DNA from: Raja brachyura
Lineage: Eukaryota
Length of the DNA stretch: 64,000 bases
NCBI GenBank assembly: GCA_963514005.1
Contig: OY740805.1
Span: 12,462,001 to 12,526,000 of the forward strand
Direction: 5' to 3'
In this document: in pieces, positions 26,552-39,135 of the stretch
Numbering within the stretch: position 1 is the first letter of the stretch
Layout of the letters: each line of letters begins with the position of its first letter
The notes under the pieces: generated by a model
Told to the model about the DNA's origin: nothing
The model's input: only the letters and a program-made list of their open reading frames with translations
Databases searched by the model: none
Translations under genes and position numbers: made by a program

Positions 26552-27920
26552 TACATAAAATGCTGGAGAAACAGCGGGTGCAGCAGCATCTATGGAGTGA
26601 AGGAGATATGCAACATTTACGGGCTGAAACCCTTCTTCAGACTGGTGGGGGGTGGGGGAGGCGGGGGGAAGAAAGGGAAAAGGAGGAGGAGGAGCCCGAG
26701 GGCTGTGGGAGAAGTGGGAAGGGGCGGAGACTGCAAGGTTTAACAGAATTGAGAGAATTCAATGTTCATGCCAAGAGGATGCGTCTGGATATGAGTGCTG
26801 TTCCTCCAATTTGCAGTGTTGCTCACTCTGGCCATGGAGTAGGCCCAGGACAGAGAGGACGGATACGCAATGGGAGGGGGAGTTGAAATGCTGAGCCACC
26901 GGGAGGTCGGTTTGGTTATTGCGGACCGAGCGGAGGTGTTCGGCGAAACGATCGCCAAGCCTCCGCTTGGTCTCACCGATATAGATCAGTTGACATCTAG
27001 AGCAGCGGATGCAATAGATGAGGTTGGAGGAGGTTCAGGTGAACCTCTGTCCAACCTGGAACAACTGCTTGGGACCTTGAATGGAGTGGAGGGGGGAGGT
27101 AAAGCGACAAATGCCCGGGGAAGGGGTGGAGCGGGAGGGAAGGGAAGAATTGACAAGGGAGTTGCGGAGGGAGCGGTCTTTGCGGAAGGCAGACAGGGGG
27201 GGAGATGGGAAGATGTGGCGAGTGGTGGGGTCATGTTGGAGGTGGCGAAACTGGCGGAGGACTATGTGTTGTATGTGCCGGCTATTGGGGTGAAAGGTAA
27301 GGACCAGGGGGACTCTGCCCTTGTTGTGAGTGGGGGGGTGGGGAGAGAGGGCAGTGTTACGGGATACGGAGGAGACCCTGGTGCGAGCCTCATCTATAGT
27401 GGGGGAGGGGAATCCCCGTTCTCTGAAGAATGAGGACATTTGTGATGCCCTGGTGTGGAACATCTCATCCTGGGAGCAGATGCGGCTTAGACGGAGGAAT
27501 TGGGAATAGGGGATGGAGTCCTTACAGGAAGCAGGGTGGGAGGAAGAGTAGTCCAGGTAGCTGTGGGAGTCAGTGGGTTTATAGTGGATGTCGGTCGGGA
27601 GGGTATCCCCTGCGATGGAGATGGTGAGGTCAAGGAATGGTAGGGAAGTGTCGGAAATGGTCCAGGTGTATTTGAGTGACAGATGGAAGTTGGTGGTGAA
27701 ACGGATGAAGTCAGCCGGTTGTGTGTGGGTACAGGAGGTGACACCAAAGCAGTCGTCGATGTAACGGAGGTAGAGTTCGGGGATAGGGCCCTGGCAAGTC
27801 ATGGAGGAAATGGGAGGAGTCAACAGAGAAGTTATTGAGGGTAAGGACCAACTCCGCTAGGCGGAGGAGAGTGTCAGTGGACGGGTAGGGATTGCTCCTC
27901 CGGTCGAGGAAGAATGATTG
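26552..27920 (-). mobile_element. Penelope-like (Poseidon-type) retroelement, internally deleted; another fragment at 32232-32420
   Basis: 27035-27823 reads YLRYIDDCFG, PFLDL, YKPTDSHSYLDYSSSHP...SIPYSQFLRL.RICS, diagnostic of Penelope RT. Confidence 0.9.
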
Positions 27921-28319
27921 AGGGGGGTCGCGGTTCGTCTGCAGTTCTGACACCGGCCTCTGGGGGTCAGCCCGCACCCAGTGGGATAAATCAGCTCCAC
28001 CAACAGCGAAGTTCACCCGGCAACTGATGAGGCATGTGGGTCTCAGCTTGTGATTGGACAATACGGGTAAGAAAGAGAACAACATGACATGGTGCCAATA
28101 GTTTCTGTGGATTGATGCCAGGAACTGCAGATGATTGGATCTTGAGCAAAACACAACGCTCTGGAGAATCGCTGGCAGTGGATCAGGCAGTTTCAGAGCA
28201 GGGAATGGTCGTTGACGTTTCTTGTCAGGACCCTACATCAGACTGAAGCATCACCTGTACATTCCCTCCCCAGCTACTGTCTGACCCAGCAATTTGAGTT
28301 GCTGCAGCAATTTGTGGTT

Positions 28320-29095
28320 TCTGTTGGTTCCTGGTTTCACTTCTGGGGACTTTCCAGCCCAGGCCCAGTTCCCATTGTATGAAACCCGAGTGACTGGTTG
28401 GACAGGGACAAACTGCAGCTCAGGGGAGTGAGGAGATGGGGGACAAGTTCACCTCATTTACTGGGGCACTCACAACTCCACTGCACCCCCTGATATCTAT
28501 TAATGCCGGAACCACCTTGATTGCTGACCCCCATTAACCTTTGACTCTTGTTTAACCACCCAAACTGGAGATCCACCAGCTCCATCAGACGTGGCCTCCC
28601 TGGTGCCACACAGATCATGGGCAGCAACGCCTTGCTGTCTGGGACCCCACCCTTCACATTACCGGATACAGTGGTGCCCTAAAGCAGAGGGGCTTTGTGA
28701 AGTGGTGGGGATCATCCCAGTGGTGGAGTGAGGGGGTGACCTGCATGTGGGGATGGGCACTGGGGCTCTCACATAGCACCGTATCCATCCTGGATATGGA
28801 GGCGGCTGAGCGATGGAGGGGGGATGTCAATGGAGATAGGGGCTGACAGAAGCTCCGTCTGATGGTGAACTCACTCGCTTCTGCCAGCTTCTCGTACCCC
28901 TTCCCACACCGTGCCCACCCACCCAGAGCAACACTCCAGCATCAAGGTCTCCACATCTGCTGGACTCCTGACCTGCTGAGACCCTGGGTGTGGAGACAGG
29001 GAGTGTTTGAACAGTGGTTGCTGTGTCCTGGGTGGTGTCAGGCTTCTGTTGCAGCTGCTCCTGATGTGGCATGGGCTCCCCCTCTACCCCCACCC
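28320..29095 (-). pseudogene. Candidate decayed Ig-like domain sequence
   Basis: LQQKP...DLDAGVLLWVGGHGVGRGTR (V/J-like DxG...GxGT), MICVAPGRP...FGWLNK (C.A.G.P...W) and PLSCSLS; several canonical residues are missing. Confidence 0.3.
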
Positions 29096-31229
29096 TCTAT
29101 GTGGCTCACCGATCCAGATCAGTACCACAGATCACTGGAGCCAGCAGGAACTCCTGCCCACCCAACCCATCCCTTTCCATCAGGAAACACACACTTCCAT
29201 TTCAGCCCGAACCTCTCAGTTTCTCCTTTCAAGCACCCAGCATCCCCTCTTGAGAAACCCCCAGCCATTTCAGCCTGTGCCTCACAGTACCTCCCCTCAT
29301 TCTCCCTTCATCACCCTATCCCTTGTATCGTACCTGAGGAAATACCCACCCCTATCTCAACCCGTCCCTCCAGCACTTTCCCTCAATCCCCCAGCCTCAT
29401 CCCTCTTTCCAGTGTCTCCTCAGAAAACACCCACCCACCTTGGCTTTCACTGAGTTCTCCTTCAGGGAATTAATCCCCTCTGACAGTTTGACCCCCTCCC
29501 TCGTGGTATTTCCCTTAGGAAAGCCCCTCCAGACTAACCCCTCCCCTCACTTTGCCTGCCATCTCCATTCCTCCTTTGATGACACCATTCCCTCCACAAC
29601 TTCAGTCCGTTCTACCACCCCCCTTCTCCCAGGAATCCCCCCACACACAAGGAATAACACCGGCCCTTCACATCAAAGAATCATCGAGTTATACAACCTG
29701 GAATCAGGCCCTTCGGCCTTCAAGTAGGTTTAGGTTTGTTATTGTGTAGGAAAGAACTTCAGATGCTGGTTTAAATCGAAGATAGACACAAAATGCTGGA
29801 GTAACTCAGCGGGACAGGCAGCATCTCAGGAGAGAAGGAATAGGTGACGTTTCGGGTCGAGACCCTTCCGCAGACTGATTCATGACCACTCACTCAAGGC
29901 CTTTCAATGTCTGATGGGTTTCAGTGAGATCCCGCTCATCCTTATAAACTACAGCCAGTACAGGTCACGAGCTTTCAAACGCTCCTCATACATTAACCCA
30001 ATCATCCCCAACATCATTCTCATAAACCTCCTCTGGACCCTCTCAAAAGCCACCCTCAGATATGGGGCCCAAAACTACTCACCATATTCACTGGATGTTT
30101 TCAATAGAGAGATAGATTTAACTTTCAGGGCTAAAGAAATCAAGGGATATGGAGGAAAAGCTGGAATGGAGTACTGATTTTAGATGATCAGCCATGATCA
30201 CATTGGATGGCGGTGCTGGTCGAAGGGCGGAATGGCCTACTTCTGCACCTATTTTCTATGATTTTACAAAGTAATCAATTTCCTCATTCAATATGATCAT
30301 GGCTGCTCATGTAAAATCAGTACCCCATTCCTGCTTTTCCCCCATATTACCAGTGTGGTAGTTTAGGGGATAGAAACTGCATTACAGAACAGCAGGCGGA
30401 GCAGTGTGTACAGCCTTAGCTGCATATTTGGAGGAAACAGGTCCTTCCACCCACCAAAGAAACGGCCGCTTCCACCCACCAGGTCCATCGATCACCTGTT
30501 CACACTGGTTCCATGTTATCCCACTTTCTCATCCACACCCTTCGCACTAGGGCAATTTACAGAGGCCATTTAAGTATAAACTCGCACGTCTTTGGGGTAT
30601 GGGAAGAAAACGGATCACCCGGAGGAAACCCACGCTGTCACAAGGAGAACATGCAAACTCCATACAGACAGCACCCAAGGTCAGGATTGATCCTGTCTCT
30701 GCTGCTGTGAGGCAGCAGCTCCACCAATAGCTTTAGTGTGTCACTAAGAAGCACCCGTGGTTCTCTGGCAATGATGAGAATGTCTCGACAGGAAACTGAT
30801 GACAATTTCATCAAAGAAATGGTTCATGATCACAGGTCATTGCCCTGAACCACTTGTGTCTCAATCCACAGATACTGGCCGCCTCGCTGAGTGTTTCTTG
30901 TTTATTTCCCCTTGGCCTGTCTCAGCACATGGAGAGTAAGTGGATGTGGGGACAGGCTCACGGCACTGACAGGGTTACAGTGATTGTGTACCTGTGGATT
31001 GTCGGGGGAGGAGGGGGGGGGGGGGATGTGAGCTGTCTGCATCCCGGGACTGAGACCAGACCCACGGTGACAACAGACGCGGTCCAAACCACCGGTGTAA
31101 ACATCGCCCGGTGCCAACACACGGCGTCCCATCACAGCCCAGCCTTGGGCAACGTCACCAGTCTCCGGGTGAACATGTTGGTCTGCTCGTCTCTTTTCCT
31201 GGAGTGATCCTGCTGGGACTCCCTCTGGT

Positions 31230-32232
31230 AGCCCAGTGGAGAGTGTCTGTCCCAGTGGCGTGTCTGCTCCCAGTAGAGTGTGTCTGCTCTAGTGGAGAGT
31301 GTCTGCCCCCAGTGAGGAGTGTCTGCCCCCAGTGGCGTGTCTGCCCCCAGTGGAGAGTGTCTGCCCCCAGTGGAGAGTGTCTGCCCCCAGTGGAGAGTGT
31401 CTGCCCCCAGTAGAGTGTGTCTGCTCTAGTGGAGAGTGTCTGCCCCCAGTGGTGAGTGCCTGCCCCCAGTGGAGAGTGTCTGCCCCAGTGGTGAGTGTCT
31501 GCCCCAGTGGTGAGTGCCTGTCCCCAGTGGAGAGTGTCTGCCCCCAGTGGAGAGTGTCTGCTCCAGTGGTGAGTGTCTGCCCCCAGTGGTGAGTGTCTGC
31601 CCCCAGTAGAGTGTGTCTGCTCTAGTGGAGAGTGTCTGCCCCCAGTGGAGAGTGTCTGCCCCCAGTGGAGAGTGTCTGCCCCAGTGGTGAGTGCCTGCCC
31701 CCAGTGAGGAGTGTCTGCCCCCAGTGGAGAGTGTCTGCCCCCAGTGGAGAGTGTCTGCCCCCAGTAGAGTGTGTCTGCTCTAGTGGAGAGTGTCTGCCGC
31801 CAGTGAGGAGTGTCTGCCCCCAGTGGAGAGTGTCTGCCCCCAGTGGAGAGTGTCTGCCCCCAGTGGAGAGTGTCTGCCCCCAGTGAGGAGTGTCTGCCCC
31901 CAGTAGAGTGTGTCTGCTCTAGTGGAGAGTGTCTGCCCCCAGTGGTGAGTGTCTGCCCCCAGTGGAGAGTGTCTGCCCCCAGTGGAGAGTGTCTGCCCCC
32001 AGTGGAGAGTGTCTGCCCCCAGTGGTGAGTGTCTGCCCCCAGTGGTGAGTGTCTGCTCCAGTGGTGAGTGTCTGCCCCCAGTGGTGAGTGTCTGCCCCCA
32101 GTGGTGAGTGTCTGCTCCAGTGGTGAGTGTCTGCTCCAGTGGAGAGTGTCTGCTCCAGTGGTGAGTGTCTGCTCCAGTGGAGAGTGTCTGCCCCAGTGGA
32201 GAGTGTCTGCTCCAGTGTAGAGTGTCAGCTCC
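31230..32232. repeat. Second array of the same 19/20-bp minisatellite, with its own variant units (CAGTAGAGTGTGTCTGCTCTAGTGG, CAGTGAGGAG)
   Basis: Directly visible tandem array. Confidence 0.97.
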
Positions 32233-34500
32233 AGGGGGTAGGGGGAGCAATAGCAGAGCTACAGGATATCGAGGTGACCCTAGTGAAAGCCTCATCTATA
32301 ATGGAAGGGGGGAACCCCGTATTACTAAAGAATGAGGACATCTCCGATGCCCTGGTATGGAATACCTCATCCTGGGTACAGATGCGGCATGGACGGAGGA
32401 ATTGAGAGTAGGGGACACAATCTGTACTTTTACGGGTATGTAGAGTAATTGGCTTTGGTAAAAATTGTAAATTGTCTCTAGTGTGTAGTGTGTGGGATGT
32501 AGTGATAGTGAATGGGATGCTCACTGGTCGGCACAGACTCGGTGGAGGCCAAAGGGCCTGTTTACATACTGTATCTCTAAAGTCTAATTGTCCAGTGTTG
32601 CGAAGGATGAACCTGGCACCGATGCTACACAATGTGACAGTCAGCTGGACATTGCCGCATCATTGGCCTTTGTGGAAAAGTTCATCTGGACCAACACCTT
32701 TGACTACAAGTCCAGCGGGCAGTGGTCAGCATGGAACATCCTGCAGAAGAAGAACTTAATGGATCCTGTGGGGTGGTTCACTGAGCAGACTGCCCAGCTT
32801 GTCCGGTAAAATGTTTTATCACCATGATTCACTAACAAGCACCAGGACCTTACATAGGCTGGTGGTAAGAGGGTCCCTCCCAGTCAGTTCCTTCTTGTAC
32901 CATCGCAGTCATACAACCAATGCACCTGGGGTTGGCTATAGTGTCAGAGTCATAAAGTACAGAAACAGGTCCTTTGGCCGAACATGCCCATGCCCACAAG
33001 ATGCCCCGTCTGCAATAATCCCACCTGCCTGTGTTTGGCTCATATCCTTCTAAACTTTTCTTATCCATGTACCTGCCCAAATGTCTTAACTGCTGTTATA
33101 GTACCTGCCTCAACTACCTCCTGTTGAACTACCAGTTCATTCCATATACCCTCCACTCTCACTTTCCTATCAAATAGTTCCCCTCTCATTTTAAACCTAT
33201 GTGCTCTGGTTCTTGGGTAGACAAAATTGCTGGCGAAACTCAGCGGGTGCGGCAGCATCTATGGAGCGAAGGAAATAGGCAACGTTTCGGGCCGAAACAC
33301 TTCTTCAGACTGGTTCTTGATTCCCCTTACTGGGTCATTCCCTCATGATCTTATTCACACTATATGATCATTCCTTATCCTACAGTGATCCTAGCAATAA
33401 AGTCCTCTAAGGAAATATAAATCCAGTGAGGATGAGAGGATCCTTGTGGACTATATATTTGCTAAGAGGTTCAGGCAGAAGAATGCATGGGCCCTTGTCA
33501 CTTCATCCCGAGCAACTGCGTAACAGAAGACTCTCTGATATGCAAGCTTTTCACAGGGACACACTTGGAATCAGACATCAAACCTTGCTGGAAGAACATC
33601 AATTTGATTAAGGACACTGTTTTGTCTGCCCAAAATTTCGTGGTCTCCCCACACAGCAAGATGTCCATCAGGGAATGTTACCTATTCCTTTACTGATACT
33701 GAGGCTCATTCCTTTACTACTAAAGTAAAAGTTTAAATTGCAAGTATGTTTAGTGGGAGAGTCTAGTATCAGAGGCCATAGCCTCAGAATAAAAGGATGT
33801 TTCTTTAGAAAGGAGATGAGGGGATTTTCTTAAGACAGAGGGTAGTGGAATTCATTGTCACAGCCTTCTGCTGTGGAGGCCAAGTCAATTAATATTTTTA
33901 AGACAGAGATTGACAGATTCTTGATTGTAACGGCGCCAGGGGTTATGGGGAGAAGGCAGGAGAATGGGGTTGAGAAGGAAAGATAGGCCAGCGATGATTA
34001 AATGACAGAGTAGACTTGATGGGCCGAATGGCCTAACTTTGCTCCAATAATTTATGAACTTTGTATGGGCTTAGGGAAAGATAGACTAGCCATGATTAAA
34101 TGGCCGAGTAGGATTGATGGGCCGAATGGCCTAATTTGCTCCGGTAATTTATGCACTTCGTATGTGTTGAGGGATGCACTGAAGCTTGGTGCAGCTAAAT
34201 AAAGGATACATTGACTTTGATTTGAACTAGCGCCCAGGCTCATTGGCGGAGACAACAGTCTAGGGTCCTTCTGCTGCTGGACGTGAGGGGCTGAGTCCGT
34301 GTAGAAACCTCTCAGACACATGAAGTTTGTCTCATCCCAGGAGGTGATGTGCTCTGTACATGGAGGGTGTTTGTACTACAGACTTATGAAACCAATAATA
34401 CCATGAGCATAGTGAGCCATGAACCCTTATAGTATTTCATGCACCTGGGCCGCGCATCAAACAGTGCGGGCTTGATCGCTTAGAACTGCAGATCGCTTAC

Positions 34501-36738
34501 ACCGAAGACAGACACAAAATGCTGGAGTAACTCGGCGGGACAGACAGCATCTCTGGATAGAAGGGTCTATTCCTTCTTTCCACAGATGCTGCTTATCCCG
34601 CTGTTACTTGATTGGTCATTGAATGATTCGCCTCACAGACAGGTGAGCACCGGCAGCTGCAGAGTGTTATCTGTAGTCCCACCAGTGGCCTCTGGGGGCC
34701 AATCCTCACCACTGGGGCAGATAAACACCGTCAACAGAGCAGTTCACCCGGCAACTGATGACGCGTGAGGAACTAGGCCTGTGATTGGGGAATACTGGTA
34801 GGGAAGCGGGAGATGTGACAGGAGTCAATGGTTTCTGTTGGTTACACAAAAGGCTGGAGAAACTCAGCGGGTGCAGCAGCATCTAAGGAGCGAAGGAGAT
34901 AGGCGACGTTTCACTTCTGGGGACTTTCCAGCCCAGATCCAGTTCCCATTGTCTGAAACCAGAGTGGCTGGTTGGACAGGGACAAGCTGCAGCTCAGGGG
35001 AGCGAGGAGATGGGAGAGAACATGTGAGCCTTAGGTAGACAAAAATGCTAGAGAAACTCAGCGGGTGAGGCAGCATCTATGGAGAAATGGAATAAGCGAC
35101 GTTTCGGGTCGAGATCCTTCTTGAGCCTTATGTCAGTTCTGGGGAAATTATTGAAAAAAGATATCTGAGGGACAATATTAATCTACCCTTGAGAAGGAAG
35201 AGATTAAATGGCCTTGTTGGTGGGATATCCTGTCTGACAATGAAGACAGCACAGTCAATGTGGTTTATGAGCCTTTGATAAGGTTGCACATGCGACACTG
35301 GTCCAAAAGGTTAGTGCCTGTGGAACAGGGCAAGTCAGCTAATTAGATCTAAATTTGTCAGGTAATCCGAGATAGAGGGTCTTGGTACTTTTGTGATTGG
35401 TAACTAAAACGAGTGAAGCTGGGCACTTACTAATTCTTATAAATATTAACAATTTTGATCTGACTAACATAGCACAGAACAGCACAACAGTGACCCGCCA
35501 TGTCTGTGTCGCAAATTTAAACCAATATCTCTACCTGCAGATAATCCATATCCTTCCATTCTCTGCATTTCAATGTGCCCATCTGAAAGACTCTTAAAGG
35601 CCACTATCCACCATCGGCATCCACCACCCTCTGTATAAAATACTTGCCCTGCACAGCTCCTACGCAGTCTGGCCCTCTCACCTTAAAGATGTGCCCTTTA
35701 GTCTTTGACAGTATCACCCTGCAAAAAAAACTTCTGACTGTGTACTCCATATATATGTCTGGCCTCAACCTCTGACATTCCAGAGAAAACAATCCAAATG
35801 TGTCCAACTGCTAATATCATTTAGGTTTATTTTGTCACGTCTACTGAAGTTAAATGAGCATTTTTGTTTTGCATGCTATCCAATCAGATCAGATAATACT
35901 GTGCAAGAATACTTTCAAATCAAACATAAGTATAATAGGTAGAACAAAAAGTGGATACAGAGTGCAGAATATACATAGTTCTCAGCACGGTAGTACATCA
36001 TTTTCATACACAAAGTCCAATGTCTGCAATGGGGTAGAGGTGAACAAGACAGTACCTAGCTTATAGAATCATAGAAAATAGGTGCTGGAGTAGGCCATTT
36101 GGCCCACCGAAGACAGACACAAAATGCTGGAGTAACTCGGCGGGACAGACAGCATCTCTGGATAGAAGGGTCTATTCCTTCTTTCCACAGATGCTGCTTA
36201 TCCCGCTGTTACTTGATTGGTCATTGAATGATTCGCCTCACAGACAGGTGAGCACCGGCAGCTGCAGAGTGTTATCTGTAGTCCCACCAGTGGCCTCTGG
36301 GGGCCAATCCTCACCACTGGGGCAGATAAACACCGTCAACAGAGCAGTTCACCCGGCAACTGATGACGCGTGAGGAACTAGGCCTGTGATTGGGGAATAC
36401 TGGTAGGGAAGCGGGAGATGTGACAGGAGTCGATGGTTTCTGTTGGTTCCTGGTTTCACTTCTGGGGACTTTCCAGCCCAGATCCAGTTCCCATTGTCTG
36501 AAACCAGAGTGACTGGTTGGACAGGGACAAGCTGCAGCTCAGGGGAGCGAGGAGATGGGAGAGAACATGTGAGCCTTAGGTAGACAAAAAAGTGGATACA
36601 GAGTGCAGAATATACATAGTTCTCAGCACGGTAGTACATCATTTTCATACACAATGTCTGCAATGGGATAGAGGTGAACAAGACAGTACCTAGCTTATAG
36701 AATCATAGAAAATAGGTGCAGCAGTAGGCCATTCGGCC
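34501..36738. repeat. Local low-copy duplications: 34501-35047 matches 36106-36590, and 35946-36105 matches 36586-36738
   Basis: Near-identical sequence; identical 60-aa ORFs at 34586 and 36191 (offset 1605). Confidence 0.92.
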
Positions 36739-37825
36739 CTTCGAGCCTGCACCGCCATTCAATATGATCATGGCTAATCATCCAACTCAGTATCCTGTAC
36801 CTGCCTTTTCTCCATACCCCCTGATCCCTTTAAGGGCCACATTTAGCTCCCTCTTAAATATAGCCAATGAACTGGCCTCAAGTACCTTCTGTGCCAGAGA
36901 ATTCCACTGACTCACCACTCTCTGTGTGAAAAAGATCATCTCATCTCCGTCCTAAAAGACTTCCCCCTTATCCTTAAACTGTGACCCCTTGTTCTGGAGT
37001 TCCCCAACATCGGGAACAATCTTCCTGCATTTAGCCTGTCCAACACCTTATGAATTTTGTAAACCTCTATAAGATCCCCCCTCAATCTCCTAAATTCCAG
37101 CGCGTGCAAGCCGAGTCTATCCAGTCATTCTTCATATGGAAGTCCTGCCATCCCAGGAATCAGTCTGGTGAAACTTCTCTGTACTCCCTCTATGGCAAGA
37201 ATGTCTTTCCTCAGATTAGGAGACCAAAACTACGCAATACTCCAGGTGTGGCCTCACCAAGACCCTGTACAACTGCAGTAGAACCTCCCTACTCTTGTAC
37301 TCAAATCCTTTTGCTATGAATGCCAACATACCATTCGCTTTCTTCACTGCCTGCTGCACCTGCATGCCTACTTTCAATGACTGGTGTACCATGACACCCA
37401 GGTCTCGTTGCATCGCCCCTTTTCCTAATCTGCCACCATTCAGATAATAATCTACCCTCCTGTTTTTGCCGCCAAAGTGGATAACCTCACATTTATCCAC
37501 ATTATACTGCATCTGCCATGCATTTGCCCACTCACCCAACCTCTCCAAGTCACCTTGCAGCCTCCTAGCATTCTCCTCACAGCTAACACTGCCCCCAGCT
37601 TTGTGTCATCCGCAAATTTGGAGATGTTGCATTCAATTCCCTCATCCAGATCATTAATATATATTGTAAATAGCTGGGGTCCCAGCACTGAGCCTTGAGG
37701 TACCCCACTAATCACTGCCTGTCATTCTGAAAATGACCCGTTTACTCCTACTCTTTGCTTCCTATCTGCCAGCCAGTTCTCTATTCACATCAATACTGAA
37801 CCCCCAATACCGTGTGCTTTAAGTA
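36698..37825 (-). mobile_element. CR1 LINE 3' part, relatively young
   Basis: [14 protein letters not shown]...KFADDTK (37452-37715) and [10 protein letters not shown]...RPHLEYCV (37216-37548). Confidence 0.92.
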
Positions 37826-38979
37826 ATACCGTGTGCTTTAAGTCTGTGTGATGGACTGGGCTACATCTTCAACTGCAATTTATTTGGTCTTGAGCGGAGC
37901 TGCTCCCAAACCAAGCTGTGATGCCACCCAACCGTACGCTTTCCATGGTGCATCTATAGAAGCTTGTTAGAGTCATTGGACTCTTGCGTGTTCGTTTTTT
38001 CCAACTTTTTTTGTTTTGTTAGTATGTTTTAATGTCTGTTTTTAATGTTTCTTTGTGTGGGGGGTAGTGTGGGGGGGTAAGGGGGAAACCCCTTCGGTCG
38101 CATCCTCCACGGAGAAGCGATGTTTTCCAGGTCGCCTCCCCCGTGGCCTAACAGCGAGGATCGGCGCGGCCTTTCCCGGAGACACGCCCGCGGACTCTCG
38201 GTGTGGATCGGGCGAGCCCTCGCCGGGGCTCGCCGGAGGGGAGCGCTCCGTTTCGCTGGTCGCTGGTCGCCGGCAGCCTTAAGCCGCAGTCTGCAGAGCT
38301 TCAGCTCACACGGCGTCCACAGCCTGGGACTCCCTCGTGGGGACCCGGGGGAAGAAGTGCTCCAACTGACGGCCCACGGCCTACTTCTACCATGGGCGCA
38401 GCGGGGACTTACCATCGGAGCGGGGTCCCTCGACAGGGATCCCTGGAGAGGAGCTCCAGACCACCGGCCCTGCCGTCTGCGGTGCTTCTGGCTGCGGCGG
38501 GAACTTTAAATCTCCGACCGCTGGCCTGCGGCCTACACCAGCCTGAAGCCGTGGGCTCCGGTGGGGAAGCACCGATTCAGTACCTACCTGGACATTTTAC
38601 CCTGTCTGCACATCTGCACGCCCATCCATTTTCATCCCGCCCACCAGATGCCCCTTTGTTCTTGGCAACATAGCCTGTCCACCTCAGCCCAACCACATCC
38701 TCAACCGGACCTTGTCCTTGGCCTGTCTCGACCCGGGGCTCCATCCTAGACCCGACCCTTCGAGGCTCAGACCCCACCCGCCCCCGTCCTTGAACCAACC
38801 TACACCTTGTCCTTGAACCAACCTCACCTCATCCTCGAACCAACACAATCTCGTCCTCGAACTAACCTCACCTCATCCCCGGCCTGACCCGACCTCGTCC
38901 TCGTCCCAACTGGACCTAGGGGTAAATAGCAGTATAGACAATGGCAAGTCAGTGGATGCGGTTTACTTTGGGTTTCATC

Positions 38980-39135
38980 AGTGTTCCCGGTGTGCACTGA
39001 TAAGGCCTTCAATAAACCAACTTGTTCAATAGACTCACCACTGATCTATGAACTGTTTTATTTTGTGCCTGTGCCCATCTGAGTAAATGAGTATAGCACA
39101 AAATTCCCTCCTACAACTAGGGTGCCGGAAAATCA
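38980..39135 (+). mobile_element. Partial LTR (R/U5), related to the solo LTR at 61069-62251, followed by a degenerate PBS-like sequence
   Basis: AATAAACCAACTTGTTCAATAGACTCACCACTGA...AAATTCCCTCCTACA aligns by eye with the reverse complement of 61069-61200; followed by ACTAGGGTGCCG. Confidence 0.6.

Noticed and set aside
28862-29727. 203-aa Pro/Ser-rich plus-strand ORF
   Set aside because: Driven by a C-rich low-complexity tract; no domain or splice support
21869-32232. Ig switch region or V(D)J recombination signals
   Set aside because: The satellite lacks AGCT/WGCW repeats, and I found no CACAGTG-12/23-ACAAAAACC beside the Ig-like segments
38029-38915. GC-rich ORFs of 128-156 aa as host genes
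   Set aside because: They overlap a dispersed repeat related to 420-842 and a low-complexity tract; no recognisable domain
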